Below are positions 49,801 through 63,533 of a DNA stretch of 64,000 bases, piece after piece. The stretch lies in NCBI GenBank assembly GCA_013239625.1, contig MU054323.1, forward strand, positions 18,246,819 through 18,310,818. The letters are read 5' to 3'. The DNA comes from Lama guanicoe (lineage: Eukaryota). The notes beneath the pieces are model-generated. The model did no database searches and had not been told where the DNA came from. It saw only the letters and a list, made by a program, of their open reading frames with translations. Each line of letters opens with the position of its first letter. The first letter of the stretch is position 1. The translations under genes were made by a program, and so were the position numbers.

Positions 49801-52749
49801 AAAGATTCATTCCCAAATGAGAATTTACCTCTTGTTCCAGATTCCAGAGAAGGGCTATAAACATTTCCCTATAACCTGGTGATTGGGAAGTACTTACATC
49901 TTCTCTGATGCAGAGTAGAAGATGTCAGCAACTTTTCTTGCAAGTATATTGCAAGATGATTCCTTATCAAGAGAGATCTCAAAACACAATTTACTCAAAT
50001 TTCTAGATCTGTGAGTTGCCAAAGCACAGGGGAAGAACACAGACCTTGGCTTCTATCAAGTGAAACATGCAGGCATTAGAAAAATACCTGAACTGAAAGC
50101 ACTGGGAGGGCTTCAGAGCCGCCAAGGTCAACTCCCTGGTTAACGTGAACTCCTTTAAAATGTCTCTGCCAAACAGTCACTCATGCCATATGTGAGAGTC
50201 CCAGCCATTAGGGAGTCCATAGTCTCACCGTCCACATTTTAACAGCTCTGGCTGTGAGCTTGGGCTGTTAGGTCTGTTCACTTAACTGGGTCCCATCCCT
50301 TAAACCATAAGTTTAAACCAGTCCTGTTCCACATGACATTCCTTTGGGCACCTGAAGCTGGCTACTCTATTTCACCCTCAGTCCTTGCTCCAAATTCAGG
50401 CTGGCCATGTTCCTCTGAGCACTCTTAGTCATGTCCTTCCTTTTAAGAATATAGAGCCTACAGCTGAATGCAACTCCAAGAGGCTCTTACATGCCTGCCC
50501 CACCTGGGGAAGCTCTTTCACCATCCTCCTTCCGGGCACGTGAACCTTCATTAGAGGGCACACTGGGCGTCTGGTAGCCACACTATACGCTACCACACAT
50601 AGAGTAAACCAACACCAACAATTCACTGCTCCAATGCTGTTTCCAGGTCATGTCTTCCATTTCCCACACTAGGATAACTGAGTTTTGGGAACACAACAGT
50701 ACAATCTTTTATCTATCCGTAATAGGCTCCTTAAAAGAAGTGATGACTTAATATCTTTTCAGTCCATGTAAAACTTGGTCATGAGAAAACCTGTATCTTG
50801 ACATCATACTAGCTCTTCCTGAGAACTGTCACTCTTGAAACCTTCCTCAAAATGTATCTGGACTATGAAAAAGCCCCTGGGTGGGGCTAGCTGCCCTTGG
50901 GGAAGGCATAAGCCCTGCTGCTGGTCTCCAGTCTTACTGCCCTCGTCCCTGCAGCCCAAGGCTGAGAGCAAGCCTGGTGGGACATTGAGAGGCCCTTCTC
51001 CACTGGCTTGTGGGGATCAGAATTGGTGTGGAGACCCCACGCCCAGCATCCATGGTGCTTAGGCACCCAGCGCTGGGAGTATGTCATTTACTCCAGAGAC
51101 TTGACCGACCTCTATCTTTCACTCTGTTTCCTTGGAGAGATGCCTTGGAGCTCAAGATTGCTATAGATTTGTGACTTGAACGGCTAGCCTGTTCTCAGAT
51201 GCAGAGGACATCTATATAAGCCCTACTGCCCCCCCCAACCACCATCTACTCCCAAGCCAGAGAGAGCTGTGGGCCATTCTGCCCCACAGGACCAGTGCTA
51301 CTCCCAGCCCTTGCCTGGGGGGCTGCAGACAGGTGATGTGTGACAATCCTGAACGGGATGCTAGAAGGCAACTCACTCTCCATAAACAATTTTCAACCCT
51401 GTCTGAAGCAAATAAACCCCTGGGTGAAATTTTCCACTGTGAACAGAATGCTTACCAGTTTAGGCCATTATGGACTTTGTTAGGATGGTTAACACAGCAC
51501 AAGAAATATCTAACATGACAGAAGTATTTCTCAGCAAATGTAGCCACAGTCAAAATGAAAAACGGATCCACGAAGAAGTGCTAACTCTAAATGAGTTTAA
51601 AACTGAACATGGACCGCTGAGCCTCTCTCTCTCTCTTTTAAGAGGTCCTCTCTGTGAACTGAGAGTCCCTAAGTGATTGTAGGAGGACATAATTAGCCGC
51701 ATGTGGTTTTGCCCCAAGCTGTGTTTTTGGAAAATAACTCCAAAGTCAGGCTGAGAATCTTGAAATTCAGAGTGTCCTCTTACTCTTCATTGATTGGAGG
51801 ATTAACAGAATTCCACGCTCCTGCAACAGAGGAGCATATTGTCTGCAGACTTGAGCACCTAAGAAATAAACCTTCAACAAGGAGATGTGATACTCAGCAA
51901 GTGTAGATGCCTCCTGCGAGTTTAGATGGGTTAGTTAAAGTGGGTAGTCTGTGGGCACGCCAGATTTTAAGGCTGGCCCGAGGGCTCTGATAACACTTTG
52001 TAAATATCAGCAGCTGTGTCTGAGCGAGCCGCCTGGAGTGTGGGAGGCTCAGCCTGGGAGGAACTGCTCAGGCAGCAATAACCCTGTAATTTTCAACAAC
52101 AACAAAAATCAATATTATGTCCTAGGAAAATGTTGAAATTCATAAAAAGGGCAGATACGTCTCAAAGGCTGCCCCACATGCAGAGGAGCATTAAGAAGGT
52201 CTGGATTCTGCGATGCTGCTGTGATTAAGCTATTAACTCAGATTCACTCATTAAGTGGCTACCCGCATGCACAGGGGTCCACACAGATATTACACTTAGT
52301 CTCCCAGCAACCTGGTAAAGTAGGCATTATGTTCTCCACTTTAAAGATGAAGAAAACAAGGCTCAGAGTTTAAGTGACTTGCTTATGAGATTTAAGCTCT
52401 GTCCACCACTTTCCTGCAATTATTTGAGCCATTGTTTCCAGAGAGAAATATCTCTGTGGCTGGTCCAGCAAAAATCCATTCAGACAGAATCGAAGCTCAT
52501 CTGGCATGGCTTTATGAAAAGTGTAATTGGGAAATCATTGCCCTCCTTCAAGTAACCCCCTGCCTGTGGTATCATGTATAAAATACTGAATGTTCTCTGA
52601 GGGAATGAATGGGTGGCTCTGCTTCCTTTCTTCTTCCTAAAGAATCTGGTTTGCTTTTAATCTTTGGGAAAGTCCTCTACCCGCAGTCTGTATCGGTCCT
52701 GTTGGAAAGTGGGGTTCTCTTCATGCTGGGGCAAACATCTCTATCTCTC

Positions 52750-53332
52750 TGTGTAGCAAAGTGGATACATTAGGTAGTTAGGTAAGTGGGGGCACCGGGC
52801 AGACAGGCGGAGGAGAGGGAGGTTGGTCCGGAAGATGGCATTATGCCCGCCTCCAGCATAAAGGGAATTTCCTGCTACTAAACGAGTGCCAGCAAGAAAC
52901 CTGTTAGAAACCGACAGCCACACTGCATGGCAGCAGAGAGGACTTAACGGGACACAACCTAATGTTCACCATATTACAATTAACATTGCAGTTTAGGGGT
53001 CCCCATGGGTTTTCTGTGTACATCATGGGTAAGGACATGCACAAACATGACTAGGCAGTCCAGGAAAAGTAGCCATCAATCAATCAAGAGACCACCCCTA
53101 AGCGAGGGTGAAGAGAAAGGGGAGACAAAACCCGCCGCTCTTCCTCCCTCGGATCAGCCTGCCTCCCATTCCTGGAGGTGTACTTTTCCTTTTTTAAATA
53201 AATCTTTAAAAATCTTTCACTACGCAATACACCATCTCCCGACTACAAACTTATCTTTTGGGTATGGCAAGAACTGGGGTCTTTACTTTTTGGGGGAACA
53301 GAAGGACTTTGGCTAGGTCTTCAGCAATGGCA
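52750..53332 (+). mobile_element. ERV solo LTR
   Basis: TG start (tgtagcaaagtggatacattaggtagttagg), then gtgtacttttcc...AATAAA (~53197) followed by a U5-like segment and a CA end. Boundaries approximate. Confidence 0.65.
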
Positions 53333-53653
53333 ACTCCCCTCCTCTGTGACTGCTTTCCTGGTCTCAGGATCACCTGAAGGGACTTTCTTCTGATCAGGGG
53401 GTCTGTGAGTTGATCTGCCAGCCAAGTGCTGATGAAAGCTAAGTATCTTAAGATTCTCACCATGGCCTCGGTTCACACCATCACTCAGGGTTCCCTCATC
53501 TGCTTGTCGCTGTTCCCTTCTCTGTTGTGATTTTCCATGAGATCCCAGTAACTAGGGCCCTGCACTGACAGCAAAGAGGCTTCGACGACTTCCATGTTCT
53601 GGGCACCTCATTTCTTCTCCTGGAAACAGAGGCTAGCGACAACTATCGTTTTG

Positions 53654-54097
53654 TGTAACTGAGCGGGACTCTAAAGGGCCTCCCTGGGACAGACCCCTCT
53701 CCCATATCCTCTGCTGTAGCTCCTCTCTGAAGTACCCAGATAATAGTATCTCATGCATATTTCCTGAGTTTTTCAAATGCTAAAAATCACCACCAAATGG
53801 AAGAAATTAACTACTTGACTATCATGAGCACATAGCCCCCGGACCTCCTGGCACTGAAGTTGAACGCCAGCAATCAATCAGAGAATTGTGCACAGCTAAT
53901 CACACACCCTGCGATGCCCCTCCACCAGCTGGCCTTTAAAAATTCTCAGCTGAAACCCTCTGAGGAGTTGGGTGGGAGGGGGATTTGGGCACGAGCCACC
54001 TGGTCTTGCTTGGCCCAGTAATAAACCTTTCTCTGCTCCAGACTCCGACGTTTAGGTATTTTTTGGTCTCACTGTGTGTCACTTGCGTTCGGTAACA
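53654..54097 (+). mobile_element. ERV1-class solo LTR inserted in a MIR-like remnant
   Basis: tgtaactgag ... gcctttaaaaattctc ... aataaacctttctctgctcc ... ggtaaca. Terminal TGTAAC/GTAACA ends. Confidence 0.75.
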
Positions 54098-54827
54098 ACT
54101 GATATTGCTGAAAAGATAAATGAGACTCTTTAAGAGAAGCTAGAACCTTCTGGGTAGTAAAGCCCGTTTTGGACACTAGGATTCGCTCGTAAGTAGAATT
54201 CAGATGGGGCCTCGCATCCCCTCCTTGCACATGCGCACTTTAGAGGGCAGGCTGGCTAAGGTGGGTGTTGATAATCAAATCTGTCTGTCTGCCAGTGGCT
54301 TCTTCATCTCTTGTAAATAATCACCCTGGAATGGAGCTGTTGTGGTGCTTTTCTTCAATATAAACTATCTTGAAAAAAATATCCCTTCCTCTATAATTAT
54401 CAGTGTCTGTGGGCTGTTTCCCTTACTTGGTTAAGACATGGAGCAAACGCTGTTAAGTTTATAGGCCTGAACCCTCCAAGTCTTTCAGGTCACTGTTTTA
54501 TACCACAAGCCTAGGCTGAACCCCTAACCCGAACCAGTATCACTAGTAAATCTTCCAGGGGAGTGTGGTGGTTGAAAGAGTGACTTTGTGTCATTGGTGT
54601 CTCCAGTGAGTATTCATTCATAATTTATATATCAGGGTCAGTTCTAGGCACTGGAAATGTAGACAAAGAGGACGCATAAAACAAGAGGCAAGAGGAGACT
54701 GCTAAGAAATCAAGTAGAACAAATGCACAAATATGATCATTTCAGATGTTTATTTGGGCTATGAAGACAATGAAGTCAGGTAATATAATAAAAAGTGACT
54801 GGGCTGTTAAGGAACTCATCTGAGCTG

Positions 54828-54954
54828 AGGGGAGAAAAAAGCTTAGTGGTAGAGCATGTGCTTAGCATTTGTGAAGCCCTGGGTTCAATCCCCAGTACCT
54901 AAAAAAATAAAAATAAAATTTTTTTAAAAAAAGGAAGTAGGCAAAAAAACCCCA
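54828..54954 (+). mobile_element. tRNA-derived SINE (camelid Vic-1-like)
   Basis: A box agcttagtggtagagc, B box gggttcaatccc, A-rich tail. TSD AACTC(A/C)TCTGAG at 54813-54824 and 54955-54966. Confidence 0.85.
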
Positions 54955-55846
54955 AACTCCTCTGAGAAGATGACCTGAAACCTTAATGATGAACCCCCCC
55001 CAGACGTGAAGGGAAAACCTTCCATGCCAAGGAGACAGTGAGAGCACAGTGGGAGGAACAGAAGTAAATGTGTGGCCGAATGGCATTAAATTCCAGGATG
55101 CACAGGGGTGACAAGATGGAAGGAAGACTGGCCTTGGAATCAGCACCTCTGGGTCAGTGTGAATCCCAGTTCTATTTCCTATGTCCCCATCTCATAAACA
55201 GGTTCGCAGACAACCTCCTGCACAGGGTTGCCTGGAGGCTGGTGTGAACACAAAACAACTATTCACCAAGGTGGGGCCATTCACTTCACTGAATGCTGCT
55301 AAACTGTCAGTTCAAGAAGTTTGGGTCTTTGCTTTCCTTAATCCTGAAGCATCAAGAAACCCAGAGGCCCTTAGGTGACATCAGGGGATAGGCTTAGAAT
55401 AAGGGCTAAGGCGCTGGTTCCATAAATGTCAACTTAGGAAGAAGAATGAGAGCAAGGCTGGGTGGTAGTGAGAACCTTGAATTCTAAAACAGGCCCTGTG
55501 TGACTGTGGATGAAATTATTTCCCTCTCTGGTCTCAGCTTCTTATTTATCACAAAAAGGGGAAGTCAGACTGGCTGATCAGTAAACTCCCTTTGAGATCC
55601 ATACCAGGATTCTGGTCTAAGATGCTGTCTCAGGACAGAAGACACAACACACAGCCGGACGTGAGCAGAAACAGGCAGGGCAGGAAAGATGCACGGGCTG
55701 GGGGGCTGTGTCAAAGCCTGTCAGTTCAGGCAAGTGGCTTTGATTGAGGGTGTCAGAATGACAAGGTCTTTATCAAGAGGGCAGGCTGTGAACAGCAAGA
55801 ATTAATGCTGCAAGTCACTTTCATGAGGCTCCTCTGGCTTTGGGGG

Positions 55847-55847
<1 letters not shown>

Positions 55848-55887
<40 letters not shown>

Positions 55888-55900
55888 CGCGCGCGTGTGC
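55848..55900. repeat. Compound microsatellite (TG)16(CG)8TGTGC
   Basis: Directly visible as 53 nt of uninterrupted purine-pyrimidine alternation. Confidence 0.98.
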
Positions 55901-58636
55901 TGGGGGCTGTTGGCTCTGCTTCCACCTCTTCGGATGATGCTGCAATGTCTTCCCACTGAGAGCAGTGCACAAAGGCTCCTGGCTGGGGATGAAACCCCCC
56001 ATGCCTCGTGCATTGATTTGTAAGCAACAACTAAACTGTATTCACATCACAGCAGCGGATGCCGACAAAAGAGCCACTAGATCTAGGGATGGCGCATTGT
56101 TTGCAAAGCTGAGCCACTGCTTCTCCAGACAAAAGCTGCATTAAGGACGTGACTTCAGGCTTACAAATAAGAGTGCTGAATCATTCCAGAGCCCTTTAGC
56201 ACGGTGTTTTCCCCAAGATTTCATAATAAGCAATTTCAGAGAAAAAAACAGCCTGACAAGCCAATATTCTGTTCAGAAATATTAGCTAAAGTATATCCAA
56301 GGGCCAGAAAGTAATTGCTTGTTCCTCCCGCCTCCTTGTACTCCCAGCCCTGGGTGGCTGGTCTGCCTCTTTCTGACACTGAAGCTTCCTGATTCAACAT
56401 TTTATCCTGCTACCACTGGCATTTTTAAGTTGCCAGGTATCCTAGCTTTGCTTTGCCTCCCTACCAATATGGCCCTAGAACATCTCCCATCAATAGTTTC
56501 TGGAACTTAACTGTCATCCTCCTGGTTACTCATGACCTCTGCTTTTCCTCTTTCTCAAGTAGGATCATGATTACCAGCCCAAAACCACTAAAATCCCACT
56601 AAGACAAATAGAAAATGTGGATTTGTGTATCTAATTTGCATATGCAAATATGTTACATGCATATGTTACATGTTAGGTATATCTGTATGTTCTGAGTATA
56701 TGCATCTATTACATATGAATTAGATATGCCTGAAACAACTAGAAATGTGGCATATGTGTGTGTTTATATAGATTTTTTCTAGATCAGACATGACAGTATG
56801 ATGTAGTGACAACAGGTCTTCAATCCATTTACACGTAGACTGGAAAACATTGATTCCCACCTAAATTCACTCATTCTTTATTTAACAGATAATTTCATTG
56901 CCAAACACTGTCCTAGATGCTAGAGAAACAGTGGAGAATAGGACAGATTTGCTGTTGTTAAAAAAAAAAAAATTTCAATTTAGACTTTTTCTATTTCTGA
57001 AAGGACTTGAGCAGATTTGTACCTAATAATAAAAATAAAATACTTTAAGATAAAATGGGACCCAAAAAATGTCTGAAGAAAGCAGAAAGAAAGGACACGT
57101 TCAGATATGTGAGTTGAGTGAATTCTGAATACTTGGACCAAAAAAATGACTAACCTTTCTGATGGCCAAAACAAATGAGAAAACACTGAATTAAAAATTA
57201 ATTTGCTAAAAAAAAAGCTTCTTTTCTTTAAACTTTCAAGTAGGAATCTATTATTTTTTCTTTAAATACAGTAAGTGACATTGTGAATAATAACTGCAAC
57301 TCTAAGATAAAACTACTTTTCAAATATTATACTTTAAAGGGAAAAATTTAAATTATATTTTATTTATAATCCTGTGAGGGCGGTTTTGATAGGGCCCCTG
57401 ATAAAAAGTTAAAGAAGGTTTATTTTTCTGATACCTAATTCAAAGCAAGGAAGAGCAGCTACTGAATTTAATGTGACCATTAGACAGTGTGTCTTAGGCA
57501 TTAAATGTCTTAAATGAGCTTTGGCCAAGTTGATGTGATGACCCAATGTATTTAACATGTACTCTAAAGCAGATACTCCATTTGATTAAAGCCAGAGGCT
57601 TAAATTTCCAATAAAGTGCCATGGAAAGAAAGCAAGCTAACATTTATTGCTGAAAATGAAGTGTCCTTCAGCCGCCCCGTTAGTATTTCCATATTCCAAA
57701 ACTAGAGGTCACTCATTCCAATGCCCTAATTTCACAGGTGAGGTCAGAGGCCTTGTCTGGAGCTACACACCTGGTTGGTGGCTCTTTGACCATGTGAATT
57801 TAAGTCTCCAGAGAAGCCAAAGCCGCCAACATATAATTTTTTTACAGTTAAAAGTTTGATTTCTCATCCATGTTATATGCACTCTCTATCTCAAAGAATG
57901 TGAATATTTCAGCTGTATTTTGGGAAAAGGAATGAAAGCTAAGTTGGATGCCAGCAGCGTTGCTCACATCTCCTGTTAGAGTTTAAAATAATTGCTATTC
58001 CTATTAGTTCAAGGGTGCCAGTGATTCTAAGCATGAAAAACCTACCTGAAGAACTAATCATACCACAGGGAAACATCAGGAGCTCAGAGAAAATGATGGG
58101 CATTGATTCCGTTTTGTTTCAGAAGACCTGATGTAATTCCTGGCAGCAGATATAAATACAATTCCAAGATCACGAAAAGACTCTGGAAGTCCCTCTAGGT
58201 TCTTCATGATGGGATTAAACTTAGACTTCGTAAAAGATGCAGTGACTGTTCCTGTCCTCTTCCCACAATTGGTATTCTTTCTGGTCCTTCTACACCTCTG
58301 TCCAATGCTTGCATACTTATTTCCAAACCCTTAACTAAACCACGTGTAGCTGAGAGCAGAAGACTCATCAACTTGGTCCCTTTTGTCCTGCATTAATTCA
58401 TCTGAAATCTGACCACTTAAGACCTGAATTAAACTTGTAGAAGGGACACCTAGAGTCATGCTAAAAGCTCACAGGCTTTGGATGCACAAAGATGGGATTT
58501 CATATTCTAACTGGCCCCTTGCTACTGGGTGACCATAATTAAACATGTTATGTAACCACTCGAGGGCTCAGGATTCTCCACTGTAAATGTAGGACAAGAA
58601 ATACTTACCTTAGGATATAGCTATGAGGAATGTAGT

Positions 58637-59157
58637 TGATAAAAGAATATCTTTCCATATCTTGAGGTATGGGGAGTCACTCTGGCTTACACAAACATGA
58701 GTTAACTTGAATTTTGTGCTAACTGGAACAGCTTGTTTGTGGCCCCTATCAGACATACATTGTACATCTGCTTTAGTTATTAATGAAAAGGGCCAAATGA
58801 CTGGAAGTAAAGAACATCCATATTAAAAATAAAAATTAAATGCCTCCCTTCCTGGATGCCAATACTGGTCCTCCTTTGATGATAAGACTCCCTTCCCAGG
58901 TGCCAAGGCCATACTGACTGGTGTACCTGCTGGGTTTTTTGTTGTTTTTTTTTTAAACCTTGAAGAAATGTATCTCTGACTTGTTCAATGTTCTTGGTGT
59001 GACAAGACATAAAACTGTGCTGAAAACCATGCTTCTCCAGAGCAGTTTCAGAGAGTAACCTGGGAAGCTATCTTTTGGGCTATAGTCTTCAGTTTGGCTC
59101 AAATAAAACTCTTTTCTATTCTCATTATAGATTGTTCATTGATTATTTTCATTGACA
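58637..59157 (+). mobile_element. ERV1-class (MER34-like) solo LTR
   Basis: TG...CA ends, AATAAA at ~59102, and a 4-bp TSD TAGT at 58633-58636 and 59158-59161. Confidence 0.8.
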
Positions 59158-59283
59158 TAGTAGATGGGCAATAAATGGTAACATGATTTAAGTAGAAAGC
59201 GGGCCAAAATTTCATATATAGTTTTTTGACCAACTTCCTTAAAGGCAGTGGTACCTACCATTTCTCATGAAACTGAATCTTTT

Positions 59284-59444
59284 GTTTGTTTGTTTTTGTT
59301 TGTTTTGTTTTTTTTCAATTTTTTTTGAGGGAGAGAGAGGTAATTAGGTTTATTTATTTATTTATTTTAATAGAGGTGCTGGGGTTGAACCCAGGACCTC
59401 GGGCATGCTAAGCACATGCTCTACCACTGAGCTGCACTCTCTCC
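59284..59444 (-). mobile_element. tRNA-derived SINE (camelid Vic-1-like)
   Basis: Minus strand reads agctcagtggtagagcatgtgcttagcatgcccgaggtcctgggttcaacccc...aaataaataaacctaattacctc plus an A-rich tail. TSD GAAA(C/T)TG(A/C)ATCTTT at ~59269 and 59447. Confidence 0.88.
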
Positions 59445-60964
59445 TAGAAATTGCATCTTTTTTCATGAACCTCAGTCAGCTTATATTTTTAGATAAAGGA
59501 TAATTAAGAATCTTTATAGCCACACAAGAAACTGGGTAAAATGAAAAGTCACAGCCCCCCCCCCATTTTTTTCCCCAATTGTCTCAGTCACACTGAGACT
59601 GGGTCAAAACTGACCTAGCAGGACTTTTTTTTTTCAACTGTTTAAGTGGGGTTTTCATATGACCCAGGGTTAACACATTAACTAATGAGAATGTCTCCAC
59701 AGTAATGATGTTCAATAATAGAGGAGATGCTAGAAAGATTCCTGCTTAGACCAGATGGCATGGCAATCCCTTGAGACTCGTTTGAGGTACCATTTTTATT
59801 ATTTATTATTTAGGACTTAGGGAGTGGCTCAGTCATCTGGTTGACAGGATTGTCAAGTGAATTGTTGTCCAGGGGCACCACTGAGGGGACAGTTTTTGTA
59901 CTAAACAATTCAATTTAGTTGAGAGCACTTATTACTCCATAGAGCATGCATGGATGAAGGGCTGACAACAGAAGGGTCCCCCAAACTGAACTAGTCTCCA
60001 CACTGGGTTGGTAGACCCATGCCCCCTCCACCTCTTAATTTAGCTGACACCTGTCTCTGACTGTCATTTACTGTGAAGTGCAGGGAGTGTGGACAGACCA
60101 GCCACATCCAAGAGCCTGGCCTCCTGCTGAATGTCTGCCCTTCTACCGTAGAGGACTCCCCAACGCTTCTGAGCCCCAATTACTGAGCAGGAAGAAAAGT
60201 AAGAACACTGGAATCGTCATCTCCCTTCGTTTCTTCTTTCCCAGTGAAAGACTATCCTCACATCCCTTTCCTTCTAGGAGAATAGATGTGAACTGTGTGC
60301 TGCTGTTGTGCTGAATATTTAATATAAGCAAGCCGGGTAGCGGGTCAGAGTATCCTTTTCCATTGCCAAAATCAAGTGTCACCGGGGACCCTGTAGAACT
60401 ATGACAGACATCGACAGCACCCCCAAATTTCTCTACTGGTTGCTATCTTAGAGCCCACCGAGTCCTACTCTCTCAGTCCTACTGGTGGGAAAATCAAATT
60501 CAGAAATATTCAATACTTTGTCAAGGTTTTACAGTTATAGGAGACAGAATCAAGACTACAAAAAAGCTTTTTGGGGGCCACTTTTTCTTGTTCCTTCAAT
60601 ATGAGAATGCCAATGGATACCACGCCAGATATGCAAAATTGATGTCAAAAGTAAAAGAACTGGAGAAAAAGCCTTAGTGCTGGATGTTTTAAATGATCAG
60701 GTAAAAGGGAGGGCAGTGTGTTGACTTTCTGGACAGCATGTCACAAGCTACGAGGTAGGAGAAGGCTACAGATGCACCTAGGAAAACAAACACTTCCCTC
60801 TGGTCTTTAGGCAATTGGCTGGCATCTTCCCTTAAGGAAATCTGAACTGGCCTTAAGGAGATTTAACAAACACTAAGGGAAAAAACCCTTCATATTTCAA
60901 CCTGCAGCTCAATTATCCAAATGAATAAACATACAAGCTATGTAAAGGGCCTGTCCTTTTTCTG

Positions 60965-61110
60965 TGGATCTGTGTGTATGCACACATGTTTGTGTATGTG
61001 TGTCTCTGTGTGTTCATGTGTTCATATGTTTGCACACACACATGCATGGCTGTGTGCACCTGTGTGTCTGTGTAGACAGGTGTTCTGTGTGCGTGTGTGC
61101 AGTGTGGGTG
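60965..61110. repeat. Degenerate (TG)-rich low-complexity tract
   Basis: Directly visible interrupted TG/CA repeats. Confidence 0.85.
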
Positions 61111-63322
61111 TGCCCCCAGGTCTCAGGCATAGCAGCTCTGCGCACTCCTCACACAGGAGAGAACCCCAGGCTGACTGGCACCCCAGCACTAACATTTACC
61201 AGCTTCGGCTTCTTGAGCAAGTTACATTGTTTCTCTGAATCTCAGTTTTCTTATCTATAAAACAGCATGGGTAATACTACAAAATAAAAAGGTCAACCAG
61301 GGTTTTTCATCACTTCGCCTTTCTAGTAATTAAACTGACTTGACTACATTTCCACAAAATTTGGTCATATATTATTGTAGAATATTTAAGATGATTTGCC
61401 TCCCGGACAACCAGCCGTGGTTTCCAAATGCACAGACAGTCCTCATGAAAATATGAGCTGCCTTGATTAATGCTTAGAGCAACCCCCTGAGTAAGAAGCA
61501 GTGATCTCCACTTTACACATGAGGGAACCAGATTTAGCTGTGCCTAGAGTCATACAGAGAGTTTTTGCTGGTCTGGGACACAAACCCGCATCTGACTGTA
61601 AAGCCAGGCTTGCAATCCCGCTGTCCTTCACTTCACCAGCCCAAGGCTGCTGGGAAGAGCAATGCTGTGGTGGCTGTGGAATTGGCATTGGCATCCTGGC
61701 TCTCTTTGCCAGCTAATGTTTGCCCTCTTCCCTGACACACCTGCCTCATAGGCCATTATTCATGATTTCTTAAAGCCAAGCCTCCATTCTGCCCTGGTGA
61801 AGACCCTAGGGAAAAGGCAGAAGTGGAGGAAATCCAAACTGGGCATGCAGTGAATGCTGGCTTCCCTCGGAAGTGCATTTGCTGGCACATCTAAAGCACT
61901 TGATGACACTAGACTTGCCTCGCAAATTTCTGTCAAGCAGCGCTCCTGGTATTCCATCCAGGAAAAGACAGAACTGCCGGGACATGCCTGTTTCCCCTCT
62001 TCCTCCTCGTAGGAGTCTTATAAGTCCTTTAACTCTTCAGATATTGAACTGTAAGAACTGGGCTTACAGAAATATTGTGGTCATAGGAGGCCCAGGTACT
62101 GAACTATGAAGTGCAGAGAAGGCAGGGGAACAAAACGACTGCTGGAGGTCACCTTGAAATGAGCTTAAATGTAACCAGTGGGAAAGAGAAGCAAAATCCT
62201 ATCTATAAAATTATTATTTTTGTTGAGCAAGATATACAGACTCAATTTTGCACAGAAAATTGCATAAGGAAAAAACCGCTCTGTAGTGCCATTTAAAAGC
62301 AATTTAACATTTTTAATAAGGCAACTCTTTCTGATTCTCAACTATTTAGCCATGAAATTGTAAAATCCAATGAAAGTTTGTTTTCAAGAAATGCTGCTTT
62401 ACAAGTTTTATTGTCTAGTTAACAATCTAAGAACATTAACATTCTTTGGAGGCTTATATTTAATCATAATGACAAATAGAAAATGAGCTTTCTAACGGCC
62501 CTTCGTGTAATTTACTGCCTATAAAGTATGGGTTTGCTTTTCTGATATTTTTGTCTCAAAATTGTAAATAAGATCAATTTACCCAGCAGCCTGCAAACAT
62601 CTAAGCAATTTTGTCTTATTCCCAAGCAGTCATTTAGAAACATAAAACACAATATACTGCCTGACAGATAAGAACACATGGGAGGTTTTGCATGTCATTC
62701 ATTATCAGTTCTTCAAAGGATATGAGTGGGAATTAATCCCATTATCTGAGTGCTGAAACCATGGCACCAGGAGAGGTGACAAGGCCAGCATCACTCACGG
62801 AGCCAGAAGCGAGGAGCAATTTTCCTCACTTTGAAATTTCTCTCTCTAAGGGCGGCAGACTGCATGTCAGACTAGTCTTTGGTATATCAGGGCTCTGGGC
62901 TACATCCTAAAGCCAAGTCGCCTTGCTGAGGGTCAGATTCTTTCTCCAGAAGGTCAGGAGCATGACAATACCTCCCTCATGAGATTTTGAGAGGATTTAA
63001 TTCAACATAACAAAGTGTTGGCAAACCATAATCTTCCCCTTTAAAGTCAGAAAGTCTTAACATCTTTCAAACTGTTTCTCTGTATATCTATTCTGACCAG
63101 AAGTAAATACACAACTTTGGCCTGCTTTGCAGCATAATCTTTCTCACTGCTTAAAACTTCCCTTTTCCATTGTTGTAGACTGGCCACAAAATGTTGACCT
63201 TGGTCCCTGAGAGTTACAAAAACATATGAACAAACCCACACAAAACCACTCCACTGCTAGAAGAGCAAATTCAGCGTCTATGTGTCTATGGATGGTGTCT
63301 TCTTGGCTATCATCCAATGCAG

Positions 63323-63533
63323 CCCCTACACATACTTCCTGTCCCCTATACATACTTCCTGTCCCCTACACACATTTCCTGTCCCCCTGCATACATTTCC
63401 TGCCCCCTATATGCACTTTCTGTCCCCTACACACACTTCCTGTCCCTCTACACACATTTCCTGCCCCCCTACACACACTTCCTGTCTCCCTGCACACACT
63501 TCCTGTCCCCTACACACACTTCCTGTCTCCCTC
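63323..63533. repeat. Minisatellite, ~10 copies of a 20-22 bp unit CCCCTACACACACTTCCTGT, adjoining a plus-strand L2 3' end
   Basis: Units start at 63323, 63343, 63363, 63383, 63403, 63424, 63444, 63464, 63486 and 63507. An L2-like tail (...aaaaaatgaatgaatga) follows at ~63540-63725. Confidence 0.95.

Noticed and set aside
54841..54900. tRNA-like A/B boxes (also at 59375-59435)
   Set aside because: They are followed by A-rich tails and flanked by TSDs, so they are SINE heads, not tRNA genes.
63323..63533. Regular repeat array considered as CRISPR-like, and repetitive ORFs across it
   Set aside because: Head-to-tail units with no unique spacers in a mammalian context. The ORFs are translations of the minisatellite.
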